From: a virus
Strand: one strand, 5' to 3'
Length of the DNA: 64,000 nt
Virus record (IMG/VR): IMGVR_UViG_3300036851_000225
Location: 6,018-70,017 of that record
The position numbers and the translations under genes were made by a program. The notes below the pieces were generated by a model, which was not told the DNA's origin, ran no database searches, and was given only the letters and a program-made list of their open reading frames with translations. Below, piece after piece: positions 55,488 through 64,000 of the stretch (its first letter is position 1; every line of letters begins with the position of its first letter).

Positions 55488-55829
55488 ATGGATACAATCA
55501 CAGTGTCGGAATTGCAAGATGCGAACGATGCAGGCGGATGTAATGCCTGCACTCGTGAGGTCAATCAGGTGTACGTTGTCAGGCTCCAAAGAACTGAGTA
55601 CGCTGCTCAGGCTATCACCCTATGCGACGATTGCCGACGATTACTCATTCGAGGACTTTCGCAAGTGGCGCAAGTAGAAACAACATTGAGCGATGCTGGC
55701 TTAGGCTCTGTGTCTAGCAGTATTGCTGCTATGATCATAAAGAAAAGGTTAGAAGCAGGCGGAACGGTTGAAATACCAAGCTTAAACATTACGCTTACAA
55801 AAGACGACTTGCGACAATCAAATGACTGA
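55488..55829 (+). CDS. Zn-finger protein, paralog of 56325..56522
   Basis: AGGCNACT..QVYVV..LCDDCRRLLI. Confidence 0.6.
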   Translation: MDTITVSELQDANDAGGCNACTREVNQVYVVRLQRTEYAAQAITLCDDCRRLLIRGLSQVAQVETTLSDAGLGSVSSSIAAMIIKKRLEAGGTVEIPSLNITLTKDDLRQSND

Positions 55830-55871
55830 AGCCGACAAAGTTGTGCCTGGAATTACACCAGGGAGGGAATT

Positions 55872-56123
55872 ATGGATCTTTGTAATCACAACAATCCTGC
55901 TTGCTCGAATATAGGCGAGTACATTAAGGGCACATTTGTTTGCCGAAATCACAAACAGGCATGGATAGATGCAAACATACGACGCCAGGCAGAGTGTGCT
56001 GATAAGCTCGATTGCTCAGTGGCATTAATTATGTACATCGAAGAACTTGAGCAACGCATCACTGAACTTGAGCAACGCGTAAGAATGCTTGAGTGGCACT
56101 CAAACCCGACGATTGGTATTTAG
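55872..56123 (+). CDS. Hypothetical protein
   Basis: GGAGGG RBS. Confidence 0.55.
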   Translation: MDLCNHNNPACSNIGEYIKGTFVCRNHKQAWIDANIRRQAECADKLDCSVALIMYIEELEQRITELEQRVRMLEWHSNPTIGI

Positions 56124-56324
56124 ACTTGGGCAAATGCTGACTGAAGCCGACAAGATCAAGTTGCAAATACTCTTCTGTCGCACGCCAATGCTAGAGTATA
56201 TGCAGTGGCATTACGATGCAGACAGACGCCACAAGAAAGGCCAGCGACAGGCATATTGTGCGACGTGTGAACGGTGGAGATGGCCGGATCAGGTATGCGA
56301 GATAGCCGAGATGAGGAGGAGGCC

Positions 56325-56522
56325 ATGAGCACAATCGAGGTTGCAATACAAGACAGGGTTGAGGCAGGAGGCTGCAACGCCTGCACTGATCGGGTCGATC
56401 AGGTGTATGTTGTCACGTTCCAGCGGACTAAGATCGCTGGTCAATCGTTTCGATTGTGTGAAACGTGTCGGCGGCTACTCATCCAGGTGCTTTTGCAAGC
56501 AGAGATGAGGAGGAGGCCATGA
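56325..56522 (+). CDS. Zn-finger protein
   Basis: AGGCNACT..QVYVV..LCETCRRLLI. Confidence 0.6.
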   Translation: MSTIEVAIQDRVEAGGCNACTDRVDQVYVVTFQRTKIAGQSFRLCETCRRLLIQVLLQAEMRRRP

Positions 56523-56845
56523 AGTACATACTCGTTTTGAAACAGGAGGCGGAAGGTTGCGACTACTCTATTGAGTGTGGCACGAAGGTAGTAGAGCTAA
56601 AGGCTACAACGTTTGACGGTGTGCATCAAGAGGCCAAGAACTGTATCCTGAGTGATGATGAGGGGTATCTTGCTGAGGACTTCCGGCTTAAATCTGCAAT
56701 GCTTTGCGAGGTAGTAGCAGAGGAGGCACTACCTGTTAAAGAATGGTATGCAGAGTATGAAGCAGCGCAACACAAACAAGAACGGCAAGCGCAACTTGAA
56801 AAAGAGCGCCGTGAATACGAGAGGCTGAAAGCGAAGTTTGAATGA
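56519..56845 (+). CDS. Conserved phage protein
   Basis: EGCDYSIECG; ERREYERLKAKF. Confidence 0.6.
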   Translation: MKYILVLKQEAEGCDYSIECGTKVVELKATTFDGVHQEAKNCILSDDEGYLAEDFRLKSAMLCEVVAEEALPVKEWYAEYEAAQHKQERQAQLEKERREYERLKAKFE

Positions 56846-57240
56846 CAAATGAACTATTGATCTGGTGGACAACACAAGCTGACTGTGAGGCGATAGGCGA
56901 ACCGCACGATCCCGCTGACTGGAAGGCCGACGAGTGGGAGAAAGTGCTAGCGAGTTTTCGGTGGCAAGGCTCGCGTCTCTATCGACTTGATCAGTCGCTG
57001 TTACCTGGCTACATCAAAAAGCAGTACGTCAGTCGCTACGGGCGTTCTGGTCGTGGCAGGTTATGGGTGTCAGATGAGTTTGAGCTTGACGGTATCACTT
57101 GGGACGACAGTAAGCCAGCAGCACAATATGCTAGTGATGCAGCGGGCATTGTCATTCGCGCTAGCGACTTGCCGTTGCTTAACGGGCTGGCGGGGTTTGT
57201 GACCGATACGTATCTAAACATTGTGAGGGAGAGGCCATGA
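56842..57240 (+). CDS. Hypothetical protein
   Basis: ATGA coupling. Confidence 0.55.
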   Translation: MTNELLIWWTTQADCEAIGEPHDPADWKADEWEKVLASFRWQGSRLYRLDQSLLPGYIKKQYVSRYGRSGRGRLWVSDEFELDGITWDDSKPAAQYASDAAGIVIRASDLPLLNGLAGFVTDTYLNIVRERP

Positions 57241-57515
57241 GTGAAAATCGCCATAGCGCATGGCAATGGCTGAAGGCCGAAGTTGATCAGCGATTCGGCG
57301 CTGATGAGGCAGAGGCGCTGTGGGAAGAGTATAGCCGACGATTGCGCGCTGACTATCGCTACAATGAGGCCGTGCGCCGTCGCAAAATGCTAAAGCGTAA
57401 TCGTAAAACGCTGGCAGAGTTGCAGGCATCAGGAGCAAGTGCAATGCTTACTGAGCGTAACATTAAGAAGGATCTGGCATGGCTGGAACGGTATGGCTTT
57501 AGCGAAGAGGAATAA
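57237..57515 (+). CDS. Hypothetical protein
   Basis: ATGA coupling; last gene of the rightward operon. Confidence 0.55.
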   Translation: MSENRHSAWQWLKAEVDQRFGADEAEALWEEYSRRLRADYRYNEAVRRRKMLKRNRKTLAELQASGASAMLTERNIKKDLAWLERYGFSEEE

Positions 57516-57526
57516 GATTTGGCATC

Positions 57527-58003
57527 TCACGCCTGGTAGATCGCCGTAAAGATCAAGTCGGTATTCGCATTCGTGAAAATTGCCGCTGGATAAGCCCCGA
57601 TGGCGGCGTTATCAAACACCTCATGCATGTCAATCGTCGTACCGCTGTTTGCGACATATCCAGCAAGCTGTATAGCATTGGCACTAAAATCAAGATTACT
57701 TACATAGCTAAAGACGACGCTCCATAGTTGTGCCGCTGCCGATGTAACGGGCAGTCCGGTGATCCGCATATTACCAGTCGGCGCTACACTAATTGCGCTA
57801 ATAGCAATACGGCCATGTGCGATAACAATCTCTCCAGTGCGTACATAACCACCCGATCTTGCGCCTGTGTAGGTGAATGTGCCAGCCGTGCCAGTGCCAC
57901 TAAAGGCAGGCGTCCATGTGCCTGTCTCATAAAAAGAGCGCAATAGGTACGGCATCAGGTATGGCGCTAAGTCAGCGGCAAGCTTTTGTAACTGTTCGTT
58001 CAT
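57527..58003 (-). CDS. Tail fibre/receptor-binding-type protein
   Basis: YETGTWTP..GGYVRTGEIV..ITGLP. Confidence 0.7.
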   Translation of the reverse strand: MNEQLQKLAADLAPYLMPYLLRSFYETGTWTPAFSGTGTAGTFTYTGARSGGYVRTGEIVIAHGRIAISAISVAPTGNMRITGLPVTSAAAQLWSVVFSYVSNLDFSANAIQLAGYVANSGTTIDMHEVFDNAAIGAYPAAIFTNANTDLIFTAIYQA

Positions 58004-59193
58004 TAGCCGAGCCTTGCAAGCATCGCATCGAAGCTGTCACTCGCTTGCGGTTCTAAGGCCACGTTCGTGCCTTCCGGCGTAATGCTGCATACAACTCGTT
58101 CCACATAGAGGCGCGCTGCGGCATCTGCTGCTGTCGTCACTGGCCCTATATCAAGTAAGTCGCGCACCTCATATATCGCATCAGGGCGTACATTCCACGG
58201 CTCCACCAGTCCATAAGTCGCATCGTACACGTTCGGATCGCCTAAGTCCCGACGATAGGTGACAGTGTTCGGCGTAGCGCCCGCCCACTGCCTGACTGTC
58301 AGCTTGCGATCCTCAAGTACCATGTAGGCTAGCCGCTCCCCTGCCGAGTTGCCCTGCCCCAATAGTGCCTCTATCTTTTGCCGATAGGTGGTATCCGCCT
58401 CGATTTTGCGCGTGTCGCTAATCCCACTGGCAACGATCAGCGTGGTGCTGGTGCTCAGAAAGGCGTTCGTTGCTCCAATACCCGGCGCGGATGTGCCTAT
58501 GAGCGCCCCCACCTGCGTCGTCGTCGCCTCGGTACTCGTATCCGTGCGACTTGTCAGCACCCACCCAAGCGTGGTGTACCACCCGGCCCAGGTGAGTGAT
58601 ATACGCGCCGTCCCTGGCGCAACAGGCGCATTATCCTCTTTGCTGCGTTGTATCTGCGTCGAGGGGATCATACGCGGGTTCTTGCGCCGTGCTAATTCTT
58701 TCGCTCGAAAGTTCAACGCCGCTGTTGCAGTTGATGTGCCTGGTAGGCTCAGTACCGCATCTTTGACACCGTAGAGCGCCTGACTTGCGGTATCGCTTGC
58801 TGTGCCAGTACTACCGGGAGTACCGAGCACAGTCGTATAGCGCACATTGATCCTATTTGCCATAGCGTCAAGGCCAATGCTGCGTGTCTCCCCTTGCCCA
58901 AAATCGGCGTCAATCTGTGTGAGAAAGCCTTCCCACACTGTCTCGGCATCAGGGCCGGTGACGACAGTGGAACGCCCCAGCCAGCGAGAGAGCATGTCCA
59001 CTGCCTCGTCAACATCTACCTTGGCAAACTCTTCTGTTGTCAGATTGCAGCGCATACTCTCAAAGCCGATAGTGGCCGCTATCGTGTGCTCATAACTCTC
59101 GATGCGACCTGTGAGATCATCGGCAAGCGTCGTCGTGGGTATGCCCGATGCACCGCGCTCGAAAACAGGGATATTGAGAGGAATAGCGAGCAT
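58003..59193 (-). CDS. Minor tail (hub/Tal-like) protein
   Basis: VWEGF, ANRINVRY, SQALYGVK; synteny. Confidence 0.65.
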   Translation of the reverse strand: MLAIPLNIPVFERGASGIPTTTLADDLTGRIESYEHTIAATIGFESMRCNLTTEEFAKVDVDEAVDMLSRWLGRSTVVTGPDAETVWEGFLTQIDADFGQGETRSIGLDAMANRINVRYTTVLGTPGSTGTASDTASQALYGVKDAVLSLPGTSTATAALNFRAKELARRKNPRMIPSTQIQRSKEDNAPVAPGTARISLTWAGWYTTLGWVLTSRTDTSTEATTTQVGALIGTSAPGIGATNAFLSTSTTLIVASGISDTRKIEADTTYRQKIEALLGQGNSAGERLAYMVLEDRKLTVRQWAGATPNTVTYRRDLGDPNVYDATYGLVEPWNVRPDAIYEVRDLLDIGPVTTAADAAARLYVERVVCSITPEGTNVALEPQASDSFDAMLARLG

Positions 59194-59196
59194 GGG

Positions 59197-60546
59197 CTAG
59201 TCCGAGCCTCTAAACGTGTGCCACTGAGGGGAGTTGTACGCCGTCACTGTTGCCGTGCGTGTCGTGGTATGGGTCAACGTCGTCTCATCATGCCAGGAGA
59301 GATACAGCGAACAGCCCGTATGGACTTTGGGAAGCATGCCGCGAACAGTAAGGATCTCACGGAATGTACCCGCAAGTGTGTTCGTTGTGGCAAAAGCGCG
59401 AGGTGTGCGAAATGGCACGGCGGGAACATTGAGTGAATCGGAGAATTGGCGTATTTGTAATGCCTCAACGGTACTGTTGAAAATAGAGCCATCCAATCGG
59501 CAAAATTCGTAATAGAACAATGTCTCAACGTAATCGAGTGTGCCACTGGTAGCACTGCCATTGGTTGATCGGATAGAGAGTGAGAGATAGATCGTGGGAT
59601 TTGTGCGATATGCGAGGCGAAAAATACCAATCGGAATACGGCCATAGTCAAAAAGCGTGCTCGTGGTAGGATCAACACTAATCCAGGGCGATTGGTAGAT
59701 GATAGTCGATCCGCTCTCTGTCTGTACTACCATTGCCGTTTCGAGGTTGCTCGATGGCGAGGTAATGCGGCCCAAAATGCGTGCATTCACCCCCTGGCTT
59801 GTCATCAGCGTACTGCAATCAACTGTGGTCAGTGCAACAGATACACCAGTTGTTGACGAGGTGACAAGCGAGTCGGCGCGCTCCATGTATTGGCGATCTT
59901 TGGCCGTAGCAAGATAGACTTTATCTGCACTGGCGCTAAAGGTCGCATACAAATTCAGCGGTTGCCCTTCTCTAGTCGAGAGAAGATCACCGCTACCCGC
60001 GCTATATGCCTCCATATCATCTGGCGCGCCGGTGCCTTTGTTGCCCATGCTGACTGCATTAATCACCGTCTCGCCGTTCGTATTGACACGGATCGTGCTG
60101 CGTGCTGACACCTTCAGCGTTACGATGGCACGCAACAGGTTATTGCCTTGCTCATCATTGATAAAGCCGGGCGTCTCCTGGATCAATCCGCCGTATACCG
60201 CATAGTAGGCGACGTTCGTGCTGCCGTCCGGCTGCACTGCGAACGAAAGCGGCTGCGTAAAGTCTGCCGTATTCAGCAAGCGCGCAAGTGTTTGCTTGAG
60301 AATAACGGCATTGTCGTGACTATTGCCTTGCATCTGGAGAGGCAACGCAAGCGTGCCATAGTAAGCATCGAGCGGCTGCACCTGCGGTGTCCAGCGCTGC
60401 CCCGTTACCTCGTTCATCCCCAGGCTATATGGCGTCGTTGTTTGCGCCGTCCAGGGCGTACCCGATCCGGTGTACGCCGCGTTCGTCGTCCCACTCAAAT
60501 AGTAGTTTGTGCCACCTGGATCGATGAAATAGTAGCTATTCGCCAT
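59197..60546 (-). CDS. Minor tail (distal tail-like) protein
   Basis: Directly downstream of the tape measure gene. Confidence 0.6.
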   Translation of the reverse strand: MANSYYFIDPGGTNYYLSGTTNAAYTGSGTPWTAQTTTPYSLGMNEVTGQRWTPQVQPLDAYYGTLALPLQMQGNSHDNAVILKQTLARLLNTADFTQPLSFAVQPDGSTNVAYYAVYGGLIQETPGFINDEQGNNLLRAIVTLKVSARSTIRVNTNGETVINAVSMGNKGTGAPDDMEAYSAGSGDLLSTREGQPLNLYATFSASADKVYLATAKDRQYMERADSLVTSSTTGVSVALTTVDCSTLMTSQGVNARILGRITSPSSNLETAMVVQTESGSTIIYQSPWISVDPTTSTLFDYGRIPIGIFRLAYRTNPTIYLSLSIRSTNGSATSGTLDYVETLFYYEFCRLDGSIFNSTVEALQIRQFSDSLNVPAVPFRTPRAFATTNTLAGTFREILTVRGMLPKVHTGCSLYLSWHDETTLTHTTTRTATVTAYNSPQWHTFRGSD

Positions 60547-60639
60547 GCTCTTGCTTTATGCCGTTGTAACGCCAAAAAAGCAACGTCACAGGACGGCTCC
60601 TAAGCGACGATAGCGAGGTAGGCTGTACCTTTCTACCCC

Positions 60640-63600
60640 TCAACGCCGCGATTGAATGAGTTGATTGGCGCGCTGAATGACCTGTTGCGCGATCTGCTCT
60701 GTGTTTACCCCCGCCGCAGCGTTGATCACAATGCTGCCCGGCCCAAAGGTGACACCCCCGCCGCCGGCCAGTGCTCCCCCATGTGCCGCCAGGCCAGCGC
60801 TTGCCGCCCCAATGTCGCCAAAGGGCACCGCACTCAGCCGTATCAACGCTTCAGCTTGTGCTGAGAGTGCTGCCGTGGTGGATTGGAGCGCGGCAATGTC
60901 ACCTGCGGGTATCGTTGCCGCTACTGCGCCCAGCCGCTTTGCCGTGTCCAGTGTCGAAAGGGTCGCGGCCTCGAATTTTGCCAGATTGGCCGGGTCAAGT
61001 TCAAAGTCGCCCGACTTGAGCGCATCAAAGAACAGCAAGCCATCTTTGAATGCGGCAAACGTGCCACCGACAGCATCAGCAAAAGCCTTTCCCGCCGCAA
61101 GGCCGTCAGTGTCATACGTCTTTGCCGCTGCCATTATCCGATCTGCTATCCGCCTGGCATCATTGGCGATCATATCCAGTTGCGCATCGGACGGCGAAAC
61201 ATAGTCGGCAAATAGCGCACCAGATAGACCTATGGCACTTTGGATTACTCCCACCGCGCTTTGCGTCGCAGCGGCATAGGCTTGTAGCGCCTTCCCTTCC
61301 TCCTCGGTCACTGGCACCAGGCTGGCACTAACAATGCGCTCCACCCGCTGCGCATCAGCGGCAAGACTACGGATCAGCGCCTCGTCAATCGGCGGACTTG
61401 GCTCTGTCACCGCAGCGCGCAACTGCGCAATAGCCGAAAGGATAGACACACCACTCTGTGCAGCGCCGGCATACCGTTGCAAACCGCTGGCTTGCTCCTC
61501 AGTGACGGGTATGAGTGTACCTTGCACGATCTGGGTGACACGCGCTGCCTCGCTTGCAAGCGCTTGCATCAACGCAAGATCGATGACTGGTCCAAGATCG
61601 GCAACGGCGGCATGCAATTGAGCAATGCTCGTGAGTGTGCTCACGGCTGATTGCACTGCGCCGCCAAAGCGTTGCATTTCACTCGCTTGCTCTTCGGTGA
61701 TTGGTACCAGGACTTGTGACACGACCCACAGCGCCCGCTTTGCTGCATTGGCAAGTGGTATCAAGTCCTCTTCACCTAACGGATAGAGGTATGCCTCTTT
61801 TGCAGCGTGCAAGCCCGCAACGCTGGTGAGGGTTGCAACTGCCGCCCCTACTGCCGACTGGTAACGGGTCAACTCGTCAACTGCCTCTGTGGTAGACGGT
61901 ACCAGGATTTGTGAGACAACCCACAACGCACGCTTGCTCGCCGTCGCCAGCGGCATCAAGTCCTCTTCACCGAGAGGACTGTCAAACTCTGCTACCGCCT
62001 TACCCAACGCGCTCACTGCGGTAAGCACACCCACCGCCTGTTTGGTCGCTTCGGCATAAAACTTGAGATTGACAAGTTGATCATCGGCAACAGGTACAAG
62101 CGCTTCTATCGTGAGGGTCAGCGCCTCAGTCGCACCTCGTGCAAGCCGCTGAATAAGTTCAGGGGGTATCGGCGGCGGCGGCTCAACAAGCGTTGCCGCC
62201 AGGCTCGCAACGCCGTCGAGCATATCCATGGCACTCTTCGCAGCGCCGATATAGGTTTTGAGCGCGTCGTTTTGCTCTTCCGTTAGTGGGATGAGGTTGT
62301 CATAGACGGTCTGGACGAAGTTCTTGGCCTCAAGCGCCAGTTTGTTGACCACCGCCATATCGAGCGGCGGCGGCACCTCCTGCTGTGTCTTCTCGGCAAA
62401 CGTGCGCAGCGTGTCGAATACGGCCATCGTGCCGGATATGGCTTTGCCGTAGTTTTCGAGCATAGAACCTGCAAACTGCACCTGCACCGCGTAGGCAATC
62501 GCCAGCTTGATCAGGTTATTCGCCGCGGTGAATACCCCCTCCGCACTCGACAAATCCGCAGCGCCGGTCATCCCTGCGATCGTCGCCGCTTCCGCCGCCG
62601 CTGCTGGCGCAAGCGTGACCATGGGGGTGTCTGGCTTGGCGTCCTTATCGGCGATGAGACTATCGGTACCGCCGCCGAAGCTTGCTGCGTTCGGTCCCAA
62701 GACGGTGTGACCCATGCCACTCAGCGGCGTGACAGTGACGGCCTCAATACCGCCGGGATTGTCACCCACTTTCATCGTCATGGGGCCACTCGTGACGAAC
62801 GCGCTCCCACCGCCGCTTGCCCCCTGCCCGCCGCTATCACCACCGCCGCTACTGTCCGATGATGGCGGCGCGGGAATATCATTGATCGCATCAGCCGCGG
62901 CCTGTGCCGCGTCCTCAACTAATCCCATAGCCACTGCCGTATCATCAGCCCATTTTGCTGCTGCTGCTGCTTGCGCAGCAAATGCGGCGACGACGGCAGC
63001 CTTTTGCGCTTCAGATGCGCCTTTGACGCCGTTTGCCTGCTCTATAGCCTTAGCAATGACGGATTGTTTCTGTTCTTCAGCAGCGGCGATGACGGCGAGT
63101 TTTTCATTCTCGATTGCTTGCTTACGTTCTTCAGCGGCGGCAATTGCCAGTTGTACACGTATCTCTTCGGCAGCAGCAATCGCGTCGCTTGCCTCCTGAT
63201 ACTGCCGTTGCAACTCGGCTTGTGCTGCCGGATCGCCGGCTAGTTCAGCGCGTCGCCGTGCGTACTCTTCATCAAGTGCTTGCTGTTGCGCTATCGCTTT
63301 CTCACGGATGTCGAGTACATCTTGTGCAAGTTCGGCTTCCCCCGCTGCTGCCGTCGCCTGAGCTTCGGCTTGCGCATCGGCCAGTGATGCAAGCGCGGTG
63401 CGTTCTGCCTCTTCGCGTGCCTGGAGGGAGGCCATCTTCTTTTCATCAGCGCCGACAAGCTCAAGATCGTTGCTCTCTTGCTCCGCCACCATATCAGCCA
63501 TGGTGGTCATAATGTCTTCGGCGAGTTTCTTTGCAATCTCGGCGCGTTTCTTTGCCGCTTTCTCGTCAATTGCAATCAGCTTCTCTTGCGTGTCCTCGTC

Positions 63601-64000
63601 AATCTCAACAAGCTTTTGGCCGGCGTCTCTTGCAATACCGGCTAATTTCTCCGCCGCGCTCCCGGCTGCATTGATCCGCTTCTCAGCGCGCCCGGATGGC
63701 TCGCCAGGGATAGCGTTGATTGCATTAGTAGCGGCCTGTGCTGCATCGACAACCCGATCTGATGCTTGCTCAACGCCACTGGCCCAGCTTGTGAAGCTTC
63801 CGAGACCACCTCCCCCTCCCCCGCCTCCTGTACCCCCTTCTGTGCCTCCAGCGAACGAAGCGACATTTGAACCCAGGACGGTATGGCCCATACCTGACAG
63901 TGGTGTCACCGTAACCGCCTCAACGCCGCCAGGATTGTCGCCTATCTTCATCGTCATGGGACCGCTTGTAACAAATGCGCTCCCCCCGCCGCTTGCGCCC
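60640..64000 (-). CDS. Tape measure protein, C-terminal part (5' end beyond the window)
   Basis: More than 1100 aa, Ala-rich helical repeats; frame open to the window edge. Confidence 0.75.
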   Translation of the reverse strand, partial: GASGGGSAFVTSGPMTMKIGDNPGGVEAVTVTPLSGMGHTVLGSNVASFAGGTEGGTGGGGGGGGLGSFTSWASGVEQASDRVVDAAQAATNAINAIPGEPSGRAEKRINAAGSAAEKLAGIARDAGQKLVEIDEDTQEKLIAIDEKAAKKRAEIAKKLAEDIMTTMADMVAEQESNDLELVGADEKKMASLQAREEAERTALASLADAQAEAQATAAAGEAELAQDVLDIREKAIAQQQALDEEYARRRAELAGDPAAQAELQRQYQEASDAIAAAEEIRVQLAIAAAEERKQAIENEKLAVIAAAEEQKQSVIAKAIEQANGVKGASEAQKAAVVAAFAAQAAAAAKWADDTAVAMGLVEDAAQAAADAINDIPAPPSSDSSGGGDSGGQGASGGGSAFVTSGPMTMKVGDNPGGIEAVTVTPLSGMGHTVLGPNAASFGGGTDSLIADKDAKPDTPMVTLAPAAAAEAATIAGMTGAADLSSAEGVFTAANNLIKLAIAYAVQVQFAGSMLENYGKAISGTMAVFDTLRTFAEKTQQEVPPPLDMAVVNKLALEAKNFVQTVYDNLIPLTEEQNDALKTYIGAAKSAMDMLDGVASLAATLVEPPPPIPPELIQRLARGATEALTLTIEALVPVADDQLVNLKFYAEATKQAVGVLTAVSALGKAVAEFDSPLGEEDLMPLATASKRALWVVSQILVPSTTEAVDELTRYQSAVGAAVATLTSVAGLHAAKEAYLYPLGEEDLIPLANAAKRALWVVSQVLVPITEEQASEMQRFGGAVQSAVSTLTSIAQLHAAVADLGPVIDLALMQALASEAARVTQIVQGTLIPVTEEQASGLQRYAGAAQSGVSILSAIAQLRAAVTEPSPPIDEALIRSLAADAQRVERIVSASLVPVTEEEGKALQAYAAATQSAVGVIQSAIGLSGALFADYVSPSDAQLDMIANDARRIADRIMAAAKTYDTDGLAAGKAFADAVGGTFAAFKDGLLFFDALKSGDFELDPANLAKFEAATLSTLDTAKRLGAVAATIPAGDIAALQSTTAALSAQAEALIRLSAVPFGDIGAASAGLAAHGGALAGGGGVTFGPGSIVINAAAGVNTEQIAQQVIQRANQLIQSRR

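Noticed and set aside
1-64000. Alternative genetic code
   Set aside because: Hallmark genes are full length under the standard code and all three stop codons are used

Overview
The window looks like most of a temperate tailed (siphovirus-like) phage genome, circularly permuted. Bases 1-21.7 kb (minus strand) carry tail tube, neck, capsid, protease, portal, terminase and extra virion genes. The tape-measure and minor tail genes at 57.5-64 kb continue that operon across the window boundary. Between them lie a lysis cassette that also carries an intact REC-HD-GYP phosphodiesterase, small early genes, an atypical tRNA and a CI/Cro switch. These are followed by recombination and primase-helicase genes, a DNA-modification region, and xis/int with an apparently intact attP. 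A Chloroflexota host is a weak inference from protein style only. Most notable: (1) a candidate 7-deazaguanine salvage DNA-modification system made of QueF, a VUT transporter, two divergent TGT/DpdA-like proteins (one next to a GNAT, one fused to a DNA methyltransferase) and a Mom-like enzyme; (2) a 22-bp asymmetric motif in about 13-15 copies, co-oriented with transcription and at fixed promoter positions; (3) four leaders whose 5' segment is complementary to a terminator loop; (4) a probable +1 frameshift fusing LamG to an SGNH esterase. Family assignments come from motif recognition by eye, not database searches.
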